Assembly (NCBI GenBank): GCA_020536535.1
Contig: JAHLWZ010000275.1
Span: forward strand, 62,001-126,000
Origin: Pelomyxa schiedti
Taxonomy: Eukaryota; Protista; Evosea
Length of the DNA stretch: 64,000 nt
Direction of reading: 5' to 3'
How positions within the stretch are numbered: the first letter of the stretch is position 1; every line of letters starts with the position of its first letter. The translations under genes and the position numbers were made by a program. The notes beneath the pieces are model-generated. The model did not search any database. It worked only from the letters and a program-made list of their open reading frames with translations, and had not been told where the DNA came from. Shown one piece after another: positions 41,895 through 52,336 of the stretch.

Positions 41895-42031
41895 CAATTT
41901 CCGGCACAACGAATTGTCGTACAACGAAAATTTTTTCTCTGTCCACTGCTTTTTTCTTTTTGTTTTTGGCCACGGAATTGCCCCGAAAAAAAAAACACTT
42001 GCGAAAGTTCGAGTTACAACAACGCAAGACG

Positions 42032-42892
42032 ATGTCTCAGAAGTGCCCACGTTGCACCAAGTCCGTCTACGCAAACGAGCGGTATTTTCCTTTCTTTTGC
42101 TTCCTCCTTTTTTTTCCCCAGTCGGTGCCTAGCGCGCGAGTTGAGAGAAAATGGAATAACTTTGTTTGCGTTAGAGTTTCTGCTCTTGGAAAGGCTTTCC
42201 ACAAGTCATGTTTCAAGTGCATGCAGTGCAACGGCGCCCTGCAGCTCGGTAGCGAGTGCGGCGGCCCTGATTCGTTGCCCTACTGCAAGAAATGTCGGTT
42301 TCCTTTTCCACCTTATTTTAAAAATAAAAAAGCTGCGAAATGTTCTAACTTACACTTCTCATTGAAGGTTACGGCCAGAAGTTCGGCCCTAAGGGTTTCG
42401 GTGTGTCTTCCCCCTGTTTTGTAGAAACCCTAGAATTACTTTGGTCGTGGAGTCTTAGGCATTTATTAACATGCAAAAACAGGACACGGCTCAACAGAGG
42501 CAACTAATTCGCAGAGGCGACAACCCGGCGCACCGGCTCCCAATGTTGCACCCAGTGGGCCTGTTGTTGAGTGCATGATGGATAAGGAGGCCGCCCAGTA
42601 TGATTCACCACCAGAGCCTGAGCCGCAACCAGAACCCACACCAACTCCTGTTGCAGTGACTACTCCTGCTTCACCCCCTTCAACACCCACTCCAGCTGCT
42701 ACTACTGGGCCCAAGTTCTGTCCAGGTTTGAATCTTTTTCGTCATTGTTCTTATACTAAACAAACTCCCACCCTTATCTGCTAGAGTGTGGATCAAAAAC
42801 CACTGGTGCCAAGGTAGTTGCCCCGTTTTGTTTCAAAATATTGACACTGCCCCACATAGTTTTGCCCAGAGTGCGGAGCCAAGCTGATTTAA
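42032..42892 (+). CDS. LIM-domain (CRP-like) protein with Pro/Thr linker and C-terminal double zinc ribbon
   Basis: Spliced sequence reads CPRCTKSVYANER/VSALGKAFHKSCFKCMQC...PYCKKC/YGQKFGPKGFG. The C-terminus is KFCPECGSKTTGAKFCPECGAKLI, with TAA at 42890-42892. Confidence 0.85.
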
Positions 42893-43219
42893 ATTTCAAA
42901 ATGGACATGAAAAACATCTTCACTTTCTCCACTTTTTTTTGAATAGGAAAAACCCAAGTTGTGTATTGCCAGGAAAAGGCTTGGCACTTGTTTGGAACCC
43001 AACAGTGTGGTGAATTCAAAATTCTGATCTGCACACAGGCTGAAGAGCCTCAAGATTGCAGAGGTACTGGACATTTGGGTAATTTTTAATCACCAGACAA
43101 GCCTCCCCTCCACTTGATTCCTGCATCTGAAGAACGCATCGCGTTACTGTCTTTGGAGCTCTTCCACCTTGTGCCTGGGCGAAATTGGTTGCTTTTCCGG
43201 CACTTCCGCAATTTGGGTG

Positions 43220-44393
43220 ATGCTTGTCCCCGATTTTTTTGTGGCCGCGCACGGGTCGTCCAGTGGCTTCAGTGGTTGTCCCATAATTGTGGTACATTGG
43301 CTCTGCCATTTGTTGTTTCCTCGTTTGGTTCGGGCTCCATCCGGACACCAACCTCCCTGAACCACCGACCGACCGCGATCGACTCTAACCCCCCACAAAA
43401 CGACAGCCGGCTTTGACTATCGGCAATGTACCGCAGATGGCCTGTGACCTGCTGATTCACAACAGCCACGCGAACCGCGTTGGCTACATTTGCTCCGACG
43501 ACGTTGTTGCCACATGCGGCGTGGATGCCTACACTCCCCCGTCTTCTGGCGTTGTTCATACTTCTGTGGAGTGTATTGACTTTCTCCCCCTCTTTTTGGG
43601 AATATTTTCTTTCTCTGCTCGTCGCCTACATTTTCCTTATCGAAATAACTTAGTGTATGAGTGTCCCAGACCCACGGGTAGTGTATTCATTCTCCAGCAA
43701 CGCTCTCCAGTGAGACAGGTGATTCCCACCTTTGTATATGTTGCTCCGCTGATTCATCTTTCTTTTACTCCAGGGTTGTGGCTTGCAATATGCCGCTAGT
43801 CTTAGCAAGTGGCTAAAGGACTCTGGGTTTTCCCATGTTGTATTGTTAGTAAGTATTGATGCTGGGAGAGTGCCACCACAAGAAGGGTACCGTCTTTGGC
43901 AATCCTTACATAAATAATCAAACCAATCCCAAACCGAAGGCAAAGGAATTAATTGGTTAAACTGCAGCTCATTGAGATTCTTTGTGAATAACCTGGAGAG
44001 TGCACTTTCGACTCTCTCCCCCATGGGTCAGAAAGTTACCGAATCCGACCTTCTTATGCTCTCTGAGGATTCACCTTCACTCGCGTAGGTGTCCATTTGT
44101 GTTGCCCATTCTCACCCCCTTTAGACTGTGGAAGTTTTCCAAAGAGAGTGCCTTACCCTTTGTTGTATTGGAAACAGTATGCCACGAGGGAGACAATGTA
44201 GTTGACGCAGTACAATTCACCTGCCAGGTTAATGACTATTTGCATCTGTTACCAGGTAGGCAGAACAAACCCCTTGACTGCCAGTAACCCTCTGTTTTCA
44301 TCAGTTACGGAAAACCCAAGAATAACTGTGCCTCCATCCTGGAGCCATACCGTACTCTGGGGTTCTGTTGGCCACACAACAACACTCTACTGA
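43220..44393 (+). CDS. PSMG2: Proteasome assembly chaperone 2 (PAC2 family), multi-exon
   Basis: MLVP...GCPIIV/PALTIGNVPQMACDLLI...RVGYI matches the PAC2 N-terminal pattern (PAVSVGNVGQLA.DL). The C-terminal PPSW...LWG matches P.SW..LFG. Confidence 0.8.
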
Positions 44394-44432
44394 GCACAAC
44401 AACACACCGCTCCTCCAAATGGCTGATTAAAA

Positions 44433-44599
44433 AAAACACCAGACCGCCGATCCTGAGCCAATAACGAAAAGTACAGCGTTCCGGTCTGTTGATTATTTTA
44501 TTCAGGCAAAATACACTTGGCAGAATAAAACACCAGACCGCCGATCCTTAGCGACGATAACGAAAATGACAGCGTTCCGGTCTGTTGATTATTTTATTC
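44433..44599. repeat. Two tandem copies of an approximately 70-nt hairpin element (44433-44503, 44527-44599); candidate small ncRNAs
   Basis: Near-identical units ACACCAGACCGCCGATCCT...ACAGCGTTCCGGTCTGTTGATTATTTTATTC. Each has a CAGACCG/CGGTCTG terminal stem, and the differences are confined to the loop. Confidence 0.8.
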
Positions 44600-44666
44600 C
44601 TCTTGCCTTCCCAGAAAAATAGCGTGCGTGTCGCACAGTGAGAGCTGGTAAATTTTTCAAATCGTG

Positions 44667-45401
44667 ATGGCTACATCAACACCAAGCAGTGGGAGTGGCA
44701 GTGGGCTCGTAGTTGGGCTGAAGAGGGAGGCCCCTGCTTTTGTAGTTCAGACCGAGCACACTGCCGCCAAGTACTCGAGCGGCCTGGCTCCTGTTCTAGC
44801 AACACCGCACTTGGTGAATCCCAGCAGTAATAATAATAATGGGCAGCGTCGTTGAGTGGTGGTTTAATATAATAACAGTTTGTCCATCACCGCAACTATG
44901 TGGTTGGGGTGTTTGTTAACAACTTCTATTTGCTGTATGTAGGTTGCCATGTTTGAGTGCTGCGGGAAGGACTTGATGGATCCGTTCTTGGAGCCAGGCC
45001 GTAGCTCCGTCGGGTACTCTCAACATGCCAATCCTCCTTGTACTAACAGCCTTTGTTTGTTGCAGATCATTCATTACTGTCAAACATACTGCTCCTACGC
45101 CAGTGGGAATGAAAGTTACCATTTCCATGGAACTAGTACGCTTCCTTGCCCTTATTCTCTATACTAGAAAGTATAGTATAATAAAATAGTACTTGGAAAA
45201 ATTCAAAACAGCTAATATCTTTTTTTTTACTCAAAAAAAAAGGTTGCTGTCGATGGACCAAGACTTAAGTTCAAGGGTATTGCTAGGGATGAAGTGGAAG
45301 TTATTGGAGAATGTGAGCACGAGAGGTTCATAATCAATTGGGAAAGGTTCATGGCTAAAGTTGCTGCAAAACAAGCCAAAATCGCCACTTCATCCTCATA
45401 A
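44667..45401 (+). CDS. FlK-like (fluoroacetyl-CoA thioesterase family) hotdog-fold thioesterase, 4 exons
   Basis: Spliced sequence reads HTA...GLAPVLATPHL/VAMFE...LEPGRSSVG/SFITVKHTAPTPVGMKV.../VDGPRLKF...IGECEHERFII. The Thr, Glu and His catalytic positions are present. Introns at 44814-44942, 45014-45066, 45136-45242. Confidence 0.85.
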
Positions 45402-45449
45402 GAAAATTTTCAATAAATGAACTCCATGCCTCAAGCTCTTTCTGACTTC

Positions 45450-47565
45450 TTAGCGGCGTTTTTTGAATATTGAGCCTTCCTGGTAGAGGTATGAATCGCC
45501 GTTCACAGTGAATCTTCTTCCTTGAGGAAGGGTACGGTAGTGTGTAGGCACGTTTGCGTGAAATTGGTTGGAGGGAACCATGAAAGGAGGTGTGGGGAGT
45601 AATGGGTTCCTCGGGTTTGGTGTGGGACTAATTGGACGTGGGTTGAGTTGTAAAGGTAACTGATCGGAATTGAACCGCGGAGTTGGACTTTGAGTCATTC
45701 CCCTTGGCGTTGCATGTACCTACTTGTGTTAGAAACATTAAGAGAAAGTACTTGCTAGACCACAGGAAAAGTGCAGTGAGCCGCTACAGGCGACGTGCTA
45801 GAAGCTATGGATGGTGTCTGCGTGTCTGGGTGTGAAACAATGGGTTGCATTGGAGGGATGGTGCGCGTTTCAGCGGGTGAACTGTGGAGGCCTTCATAGC
45901 GCGGCTGTTCACAAATACTTGTACAACCTCTGAGTGCATCTCTACCAGCCGGCTCGACCAAGGTCTCATCACTTCTGAGGGACGAAAAAGGAATCTGCAC
46001 CTTGGAAAATAGGGTAGAGAACATGCTGGGTGGGTCTTTGTCCTCGTAACGGGCCCTGGATTGCTGAACAGGGGCAGTATATGCTTGAGGAAGATCCCAG
46101 GGCAATACATCTCGTAATGCAGGAGGAGGTGGCAAAGGTGGAAGAGGGGGGAGCGTAGTATGGTCGTTGACGGGTATAGTTGGCATTGGGCTCTGAAGGA
46201 ATTGAGTATCAACAATCCCTAGTCGAGTTTGAAGTTGTACTAGAGCGGATTCTCTCTCCTTCAATTTGGTATCAAAGGCGGCAACTAACTGTTTTTGAAA
46301 ATATAACTCATTATTAGTAGCCCTGGCCTTCTCTGCGCGGTGGGTCAATTTGGTTTCCAGGTTTTCCATCTCTTCTTGCAGAGCCACAATCTGTTTCTTC
46401 ATTTTCACATTTTCTTCATCATTTTCAGTCGTTTGTGACCGCTGGTGTGCTTTGAGTAGCTCTACGTATGCGCGCAGCTGTTCCACTTCACTTCTGAGCT
46501 CTCTTGCTTCGTCTAGGGCAGTCTGAAATCTCCCAACCTCTACCACTTCCGCTCTGAATTGCGCAAGTTCAGCTGAATCAAGTTTCAGTTGAACCACCTT
46601 CTTTTCTAGATTTGCGCATTCAAGCTTCCATTTAGATGCCTCTTCTGTGAGAGTTTTCTTGGCGACTTGCTCGGCCGATACACGAGAACATAATATTTCT
46701 ACCTGGTGTCTGAGTTGAGCTGCTACATCTTCGGCTGTATGCAGTTTGTTCTCTGCCTCAGTAAGGGATACTTGACTTTTTCCTGTTGCCTCCTCGGCCA
46801 CACCACAGCGTTGTTTCCATGTCTCCGCTTCTGATCTGTTTGCACTGATTTGGTTTTTGAGCCGTGTTATCTCTGATTCCATATGTCTCAAGGACTGCGT
46901 CAAATCTGTTTCGGTTTTTTTGTTGGATTGCTTGAGCTGTGCTAAGGCTTGCTTGGTGGCACACACTTTTCCCTGTTCGTCCAGTAGTTGGGTTGCCAGT
47001 TCAGTTTTACTCTTTCTCTCACTATCAAGTAATTCTTCTAGAGTCTGGCATCTTTGGTTTTGTCGTCTCAACTCTTCATGGAGTGTCAAGATAGTGGTTT
47101 CATGATTGTCCAGTACTTTCTCAGGTGAATTTGTTATTTGAATGCAGTTTGTGTCGGCTTCTGCACGTTCAACATCCATAGGTGGTTGCGTCACAGTAGA
47201 GTGAATGTGTGTATCCTGCTGAATGATAGGTGCTTCATTAACAGCTGTGGGAGCCGAGTCACAGTCTCGATGGACTGGTAAATCCTCCGGAACGTTGAAA
47301 GGTACTGCTGCACAAGTTCCCTGTTCAGGTTGTTGGTCAAGGCTCTCTCCATTCTCTTTCGGTTGGTTCCTTTGCATAGAAGGAGGAGAGTGCATCAGTA
47401 TGTCTTTCATTAGCTTCTCGTGTCTGTGTGCGAAGTGGTGAAGTAAGAGTAGCACGGAATCTACGCCTCATTTAAACGCAAGAGGTTGGAGAAAGAAAAA
47501 ATTGTACCATAGAAACCCCGCGATGACAGTAGACAAACGACAAGCGTTACTACCCAAGTCGTCAT
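45450..47565 (-). CDS. Coiled-coil protein of unknown function with a hydrophobic N-terminus and Pro-rich C-terminus
   Basis: 566-aa ORF 45755-47455 with long heptad-rich E/Q/K/L stretches. A phase-compatible first exon (47565-47508) and last exon (45719-45450) were inferred. Confidence 0.7.
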
Positions 47566-47802
47566 TCCGACGACAATGCTCGCTACTGGTGTAAATCTAA
47601 GAGCCTGTGGATCTCGCCACAACACCGATGCGCCGTCGTGCTGCCTTTGTTTGGTTGTTATTGGTTTTTTTAACCTTTGGCATTCATCATCCTGGCGTCC
47701 AATATTTTGGCAGGAATCCCCTGCGACACGAAAGTTAACGCGAAGAAGACAAAAAAAAAAAATTAGAGCGAGTGGTTATTTGGATACTGCTATAACTTGT
47801 CG

Positions 47803-47886
47803 TTCTGACGCTCTACCAGTTGAGCTACCCCACTTTTTGATGACTAGTGGGGGTTGGCGTTGATCCAACGACCTTCAGACCTTCAT
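47803..47886 (-). tRNA. Circularly permuted tRNA-Phe(GAA)-like gene: 3' half (47886-47845) upstream of 5' half (47834-47803), 10-nt linker
   Basis: The 5' half is AGTGGGG TA GCTC AACTGGTA GAGC G TCAGA. The upstream 3' half is (A)TGAAGG TCTGA AGGTC GTTGG ATCAACG CCAAC CCCCACT A. Acceptor stem 7/7, D stem 4/4, anticodon stem 5/5 and T stem 5/5 are all Watson-Crick. A T-run follows at 47762-47751. Confidence 0.8.
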
Positions 47887-48062
47887 AGACTGGGTTTTTT
47901 AATCGAGGAAGCAGTAGAGTCCCTTTTGGCACTCTCCCCAGTCTTTTTTGCCAGCGTCGTCCTTCTTCCCCGTGCGAATTTTTCCACGAACATCATTGTG
48001 GGAACCTTTCTCAAAAATCGGCCCGTCAACCAACAAACAAAACAAAAAAACCACGCAAAGCA

Positions 48063-49174
48063 ATGCCGTTGTTCAAGGTAGATTCGGTTGTGCTTCTCAA
48101 GCCCAAAAAGAAACACGCAGAAACCAGGGAGCAATACCGTTCCCTCAAAGGTTCGTGTTTTTCCACATTTTTTTTTTTTTGAAGGTGGAATTAATTGATG
48201 AAACCAGTGACTCTGTCGCTCACCCACTTACCAACCCCTTTCTGGGGTTTTTTTTTTTAAACTACAGCAAGTTTGGGAAGGGGTATGCAGCTGAAGGATG
48301 CTGTTAGACTGCCTCCTGGGGAAGACCCTAATGTGTGGATAGCAATGAATAGTAGAATCCCTTCTTTCTAAAAATATTGTTTATATCTGCTTGCTATGTT
48401 CACTTTTCTTTGATTTGACTGTAATAATTACTAGCTATGGAGTTGTACAACACAACTTTTTTGTGCTTCGGCATTGTCACTGGGACTTGTACCACAAGAA
48501 GTTGCCCAAAGGTTTGTAGCTTTATATACTGCTCCCTTTCATTTAACCACCCACCAAGATGACAGCTGGTCCAAGGTATGCCACATGACCAGAGAAGTGG
48601 GCGGAATAAATCTTCTTTGTACAGGTATGAGTTTCTGTGGACAGATAAAGGAACAAAAGCCAACGTTTCCTTGCCGGCACCAGGTTAGTCACTGTTTGCA
48701 TTTTTAATCTTAAACCCTTCTCTAGTTTATATAGACAATCTCGCGGATTGGGTTCACGAACAAATCAACGATCCAGCTGTCTTTCCACCCAACTCCCGAG
48801 GTTTCAGCCCAATAACTCCGCTTCTCAGATTAACTAATTGCACTAGCCTACCCCAAGACCTTCATTCCCACCTGCTCGAAGATTCTGTCGAGGCTTTTCA
48901 GGGTGTAAGTTCCAGAAACCTTCTTATCCCAACCCGTATCCACCTTCACCACAGATTTGCACACATGTATCACCATCACTTTGATGACCTGAGGGTACAT
49001 TTTTTTCTTCTCCCTATCTAACTTTCCACCAAAACTAACCACTTCCAGCGCCTTGGTGCTGAAGCTCATTTCAACACCACCCTCAAGCACTTCTACTTCT
49101 TTGTAAGTGAATTCCACCTTGTTGAACCTGCAGCCCTTGACCCTCTCGCTGCTGTACTTTCCACTTTCGTCTAA
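48063..49174 (+). CDS. MOB kinase activator (MOB1-family), many short exons
   Basis: Exons read KPKKKH...QY, LKDAVRLPPGEDPNVWIAMN, CTTRSCPK/MTAGP, YEFLW, YIDNLADWVHEQINDPAVFP, SKILSRLFR, FAHMYHHHF and AEAHFNTTLKHFYFF. Confidence 0.92.
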
Positions 49175-49302
49175 AAAAAAGCCCCCACCTGCTTTTGATT
49201 GTTTTCTTTTTTTTTTTTTCTTTTTAAATCCAGTGCACTAAGGGAGGGCAAATGAATGAAAATAAATCCATTTCCCACCAAGCATCCCACCCTCGAGCCA
49301 CA

Positions 49303-52132
49303 TCACATGCCAGAGGAAGCAGGTGTGCCAGTTTGTGTGCCGGTGCCTAGTTCATCAGCTGCTGTGCTGAATGACTGGCCTGCATCGTCGCTGTCTCCGC
49401 CGGGGAATTCCTCTTCATCGCCGTGGAAGACGGCTGTGTCGTCGAGTGAGTGGGGCGCCGCGAGTATTCCCGAGCGGGCCAAGGGGGCAATTGGGGGTGG
49501 CGGGAGCCGAGAGGGTGCCGTGTTGGTGAGCTGCAGACTAATTTATTTATGGGTGTGGTGGTTAGATAGACCACGCAGAATGTTTGGGCGCCATACTGTT
49601 TAATGAGAGTATCGAGGTGAGCAAGGGTGTCTGTTTGTTTTTCAGCAATCTCACCGGCAAGGCTGCCGTTAAGCTCCGCGACTTGCTTGGAAACTTGTTC
49701 ATTTGTGGCAGAAATACTAGATAAGGTTGGTGCAATTCACGTACACAATGTGTTAAACCTGGCAGTATCGACAAGGAGTTTTTCTAAGCTCTTGGGTGCG
49801 GTTTGGGAAAGATTTTGAATCAGGGGGTATGTTTCGTTGAAGTACTTGAACCCTTGGAGGTTCCTAAATTCTCGTTAAGAACTATTAAAACCTCGGCTCC
49901 ACACAGTTGGTTAAAGTAGTTCCCAAGTGTTTCAAGATCTTTGTGTAAAATAAGAAGTGTGGCTTTGGTCTCCCTAAACATGCTGATGAGAAGTATTGCA
50001 AAAAGATGGAGACACACTCCGTTATTCGGCCAACAATTTGCTCTTTCCTGGTTTTTTTTTTTTTTGTTTAGTCGGAATTTAGGGGAAAATGGATTTCTTC
50101 ACCTTGCCTCAGCTTTTGTAGTGGCGTCAGTGGAGGTAGAAACCATGACAGAATTAAATTGTTGTTGCAGTTGATCAATGCTATTCTTTATAGCTGTTCT
50201 AGTCTCTCTATGGATATTGGTAGCAATTTCAGTAGTGTGACAAAGGAGAAGTACTGTGCTGATCTAGCAATAGCTTCGTTGAAGTCCACCTTAGGAGTAG
50301 CCTCTGCGAGCCTTGATAGGAGTGAGGTTGGAGAGAGGATTGCTAGCTTACTTGGAAACAGTCCCAGGAAGTTGACCACCGACAAAGTCTTGTAGTGTTG
50401 CCGTGTGCTTTGTTAAAGCTGTGGTAATCCTATTCAAAGTTACGGTCATTTTGTACTAAAGGAATTACTGTTTTGTGGACTGTTCGAGCTCTGTGGAGAG
50501 AACATCAAACCGAGACTGCATTGTGACCAGTCTGAATACACATCAGAGAAACAAAGAAAATGGGTTGCACACTGCTCCATAGTTTGCTTTAACTTTTCAG
50601 ATGTTTTTACAAGACTAGTGGTTGTGTCCGTTATTCCAGAGGCAACTGCAAGTCGAGTGTTTGCTTGTTCCTCAAATGACAACTTTGGTTGTCAGCGTTA
50701 TTACTTTGGGGGTTTCTTATACCTTAACTTGGGAATTATTGTCATCGACCTGCTTCACGAGCTGGTTGATGCGCCCAAGAGATGCCTCGATACTTTGCAC
50801 TACCACAGTAAGCTTTTGGTCAGCACCTTCTTGTTTGGCTGTGGTTTGGAAATCTTGCTTCCTGTGCGCTGTCAGAGTCGTCAAAACATGGATCTTCTTT
50901 TACATTTGTTGAGATTGTGTGTCCACCTTGTTTTCCAGGTCCCCACTGTACACAAGCGTTAAATTATAAAGTGTGAAGTAAGGGAGCTACATTTTGTTGA
51001 CAATTTCGGTTGCTTGTTGATGCTGATACCTGAAAGAGTTGGAAAAGAAAAGTAACAAAAACAAAGAACTACAGTTGAAGTGTCTCCGTGATTTGCTGGC
51101 ACATGGCCTTCACATCCTTTTCAATTTGTTGATTTGATGCACAATTTTAACAAGAGATTACCTGAGAGATAGCAGTGCTTATAGAATGTTGCAAAAGATT
51201 AATTAACTCCTGCCGTTTGTGTGCTTTCTCCTCTTGGGATGTGCCATGATGCTGTGAGAATTCTCTGAACGCAGCTCTAACGGTTTTCTTATTATCTTCA
51301 ACATTTCGAAGCATTCTGGCACTACAAGTAGCAGACAAAAAAAGTCAGTCCATATGTACCAATGAAGGTGAATCAACCTTAGTTCAGCTCGTAAATCACG
51401 CAAGGAAACCTCTAGTTTGCGCCTTACCATCCATTGCACAACAATGGACACGAGAATAACAATTGTACAGCCTTGCATAAATAGAACAGCTCCCCGGATT
51501 AAACCTACAACCAACCAATGTTAGCTTACCAACTCTAAGTTCAGGGAAGAGGAGAGAGAAAACAAAGGGAAAGAAAAAAAAAAAAAAAATTGCACTCATT
51601 TCACCCCCCACCCTCCATTCCTCGTAGACACACTTGTCTGTGGATCCCATTGTGCCGCCTTGTTGCTGAAAAGCAGTGTGAACGCGGGCAGCAGAACCAA
51701 CAACGCAACATCGAACGTCATCCACACGAACCCGCGCCCCTTCTTCGGCGGCAACGGCGGCGGCTCCTTCTCCTCCACCATCTCCGTCTCCATCCCCATC
51801 TCCATGCCCATGCCCATGCCCATGGCCCCCTCGCCCTCGCCCTCGCCCCCCGCGTACCCCTGCCCCCCCTCCACGTACTCCCCGCCCTCGCCCACGGCTC
51901 CCTCCGCGGCCCCGTCGTAGCCCCCCTCCGCGCCTCCCAGCTCCATGGCCATCGCCCGCTGCTGCTGCGGCGGCTGCTGCGAGTCGTCGTAGTCGGCGCC
52001 GCCTTCGTATGTGTTGCTGCTGCCCGGAGTGAACCCCGCGCACAGGGGCTGCGCCACCGCGTCGGTAGATCGCGACGCTCCGTCGACCTCATCGCCCCCG
52101 ACAACTTGCTCCCCGGTGTTGGCGTCGGCCAT
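49303..52132 (-). CDS. Unknown membrane protein: acidic Gly-rich N-terminus, two TM segments, coiled-coil/helical region, acidic C-terminus
   Basis: ORF 51596-52132 has TM FVWMTFDVALLVLLPAFTLLF, and the next exon has TM VVGLIRGAVLFMQGCTIVILVSIVVQW. Further helical exons run down to a TGA at 49303-49305. Joining these into one gene is inferred. Confidence 0.55.
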
Positions 52133-52336
52133 TTTTTGTGCGTGTTGTTGCTTGTGGCTTTTTTTTTCCTTGTTTTTGTTTTAGATTTTTTTCTTTTTTG
52201 GAACTTGGTGGGTGCTAAGACAGTTGCGTGAAAATATCAACCGACTGGAGATACAGATATGAGAGAAAGGCTTGCTTTGTGTTTTGTTTGGTACGGTTTT
52301 ATAGTACACAACAAAGATTTTTGTATTGTAATACAG

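Noticed and set aside
43016-43398. Minus-strand ORFs between the LIM gene and PSMG2
   Set aside because: They overlap the inferred PSMG2 first exon and intron on the opposite strand and show no recognisable domain.
44433-44599. Tandem repeat as a CRISPR array
   Set aside because: The context is eukaryotic, there are only two long units with no repeat-spacer structure, and no cas genes are present.
47895-47950. ACTGGGG... segment upstream of the tRNA 3' half as a conventional 5' half
   Set aside because: It has a mismatch in the acceptor stem, no A-box or canonical D arm, and no strand complementary to TCTGA. The downstream 5' half pairs perfectly.
17933-49174. Functional clustering of mitotic genes (dynein, CDC14, MOB)
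   Set aside because: MOB lies about 27 kb from CDC14 with unrelated genes between, so chance proximity in a compact genome is sufficient.
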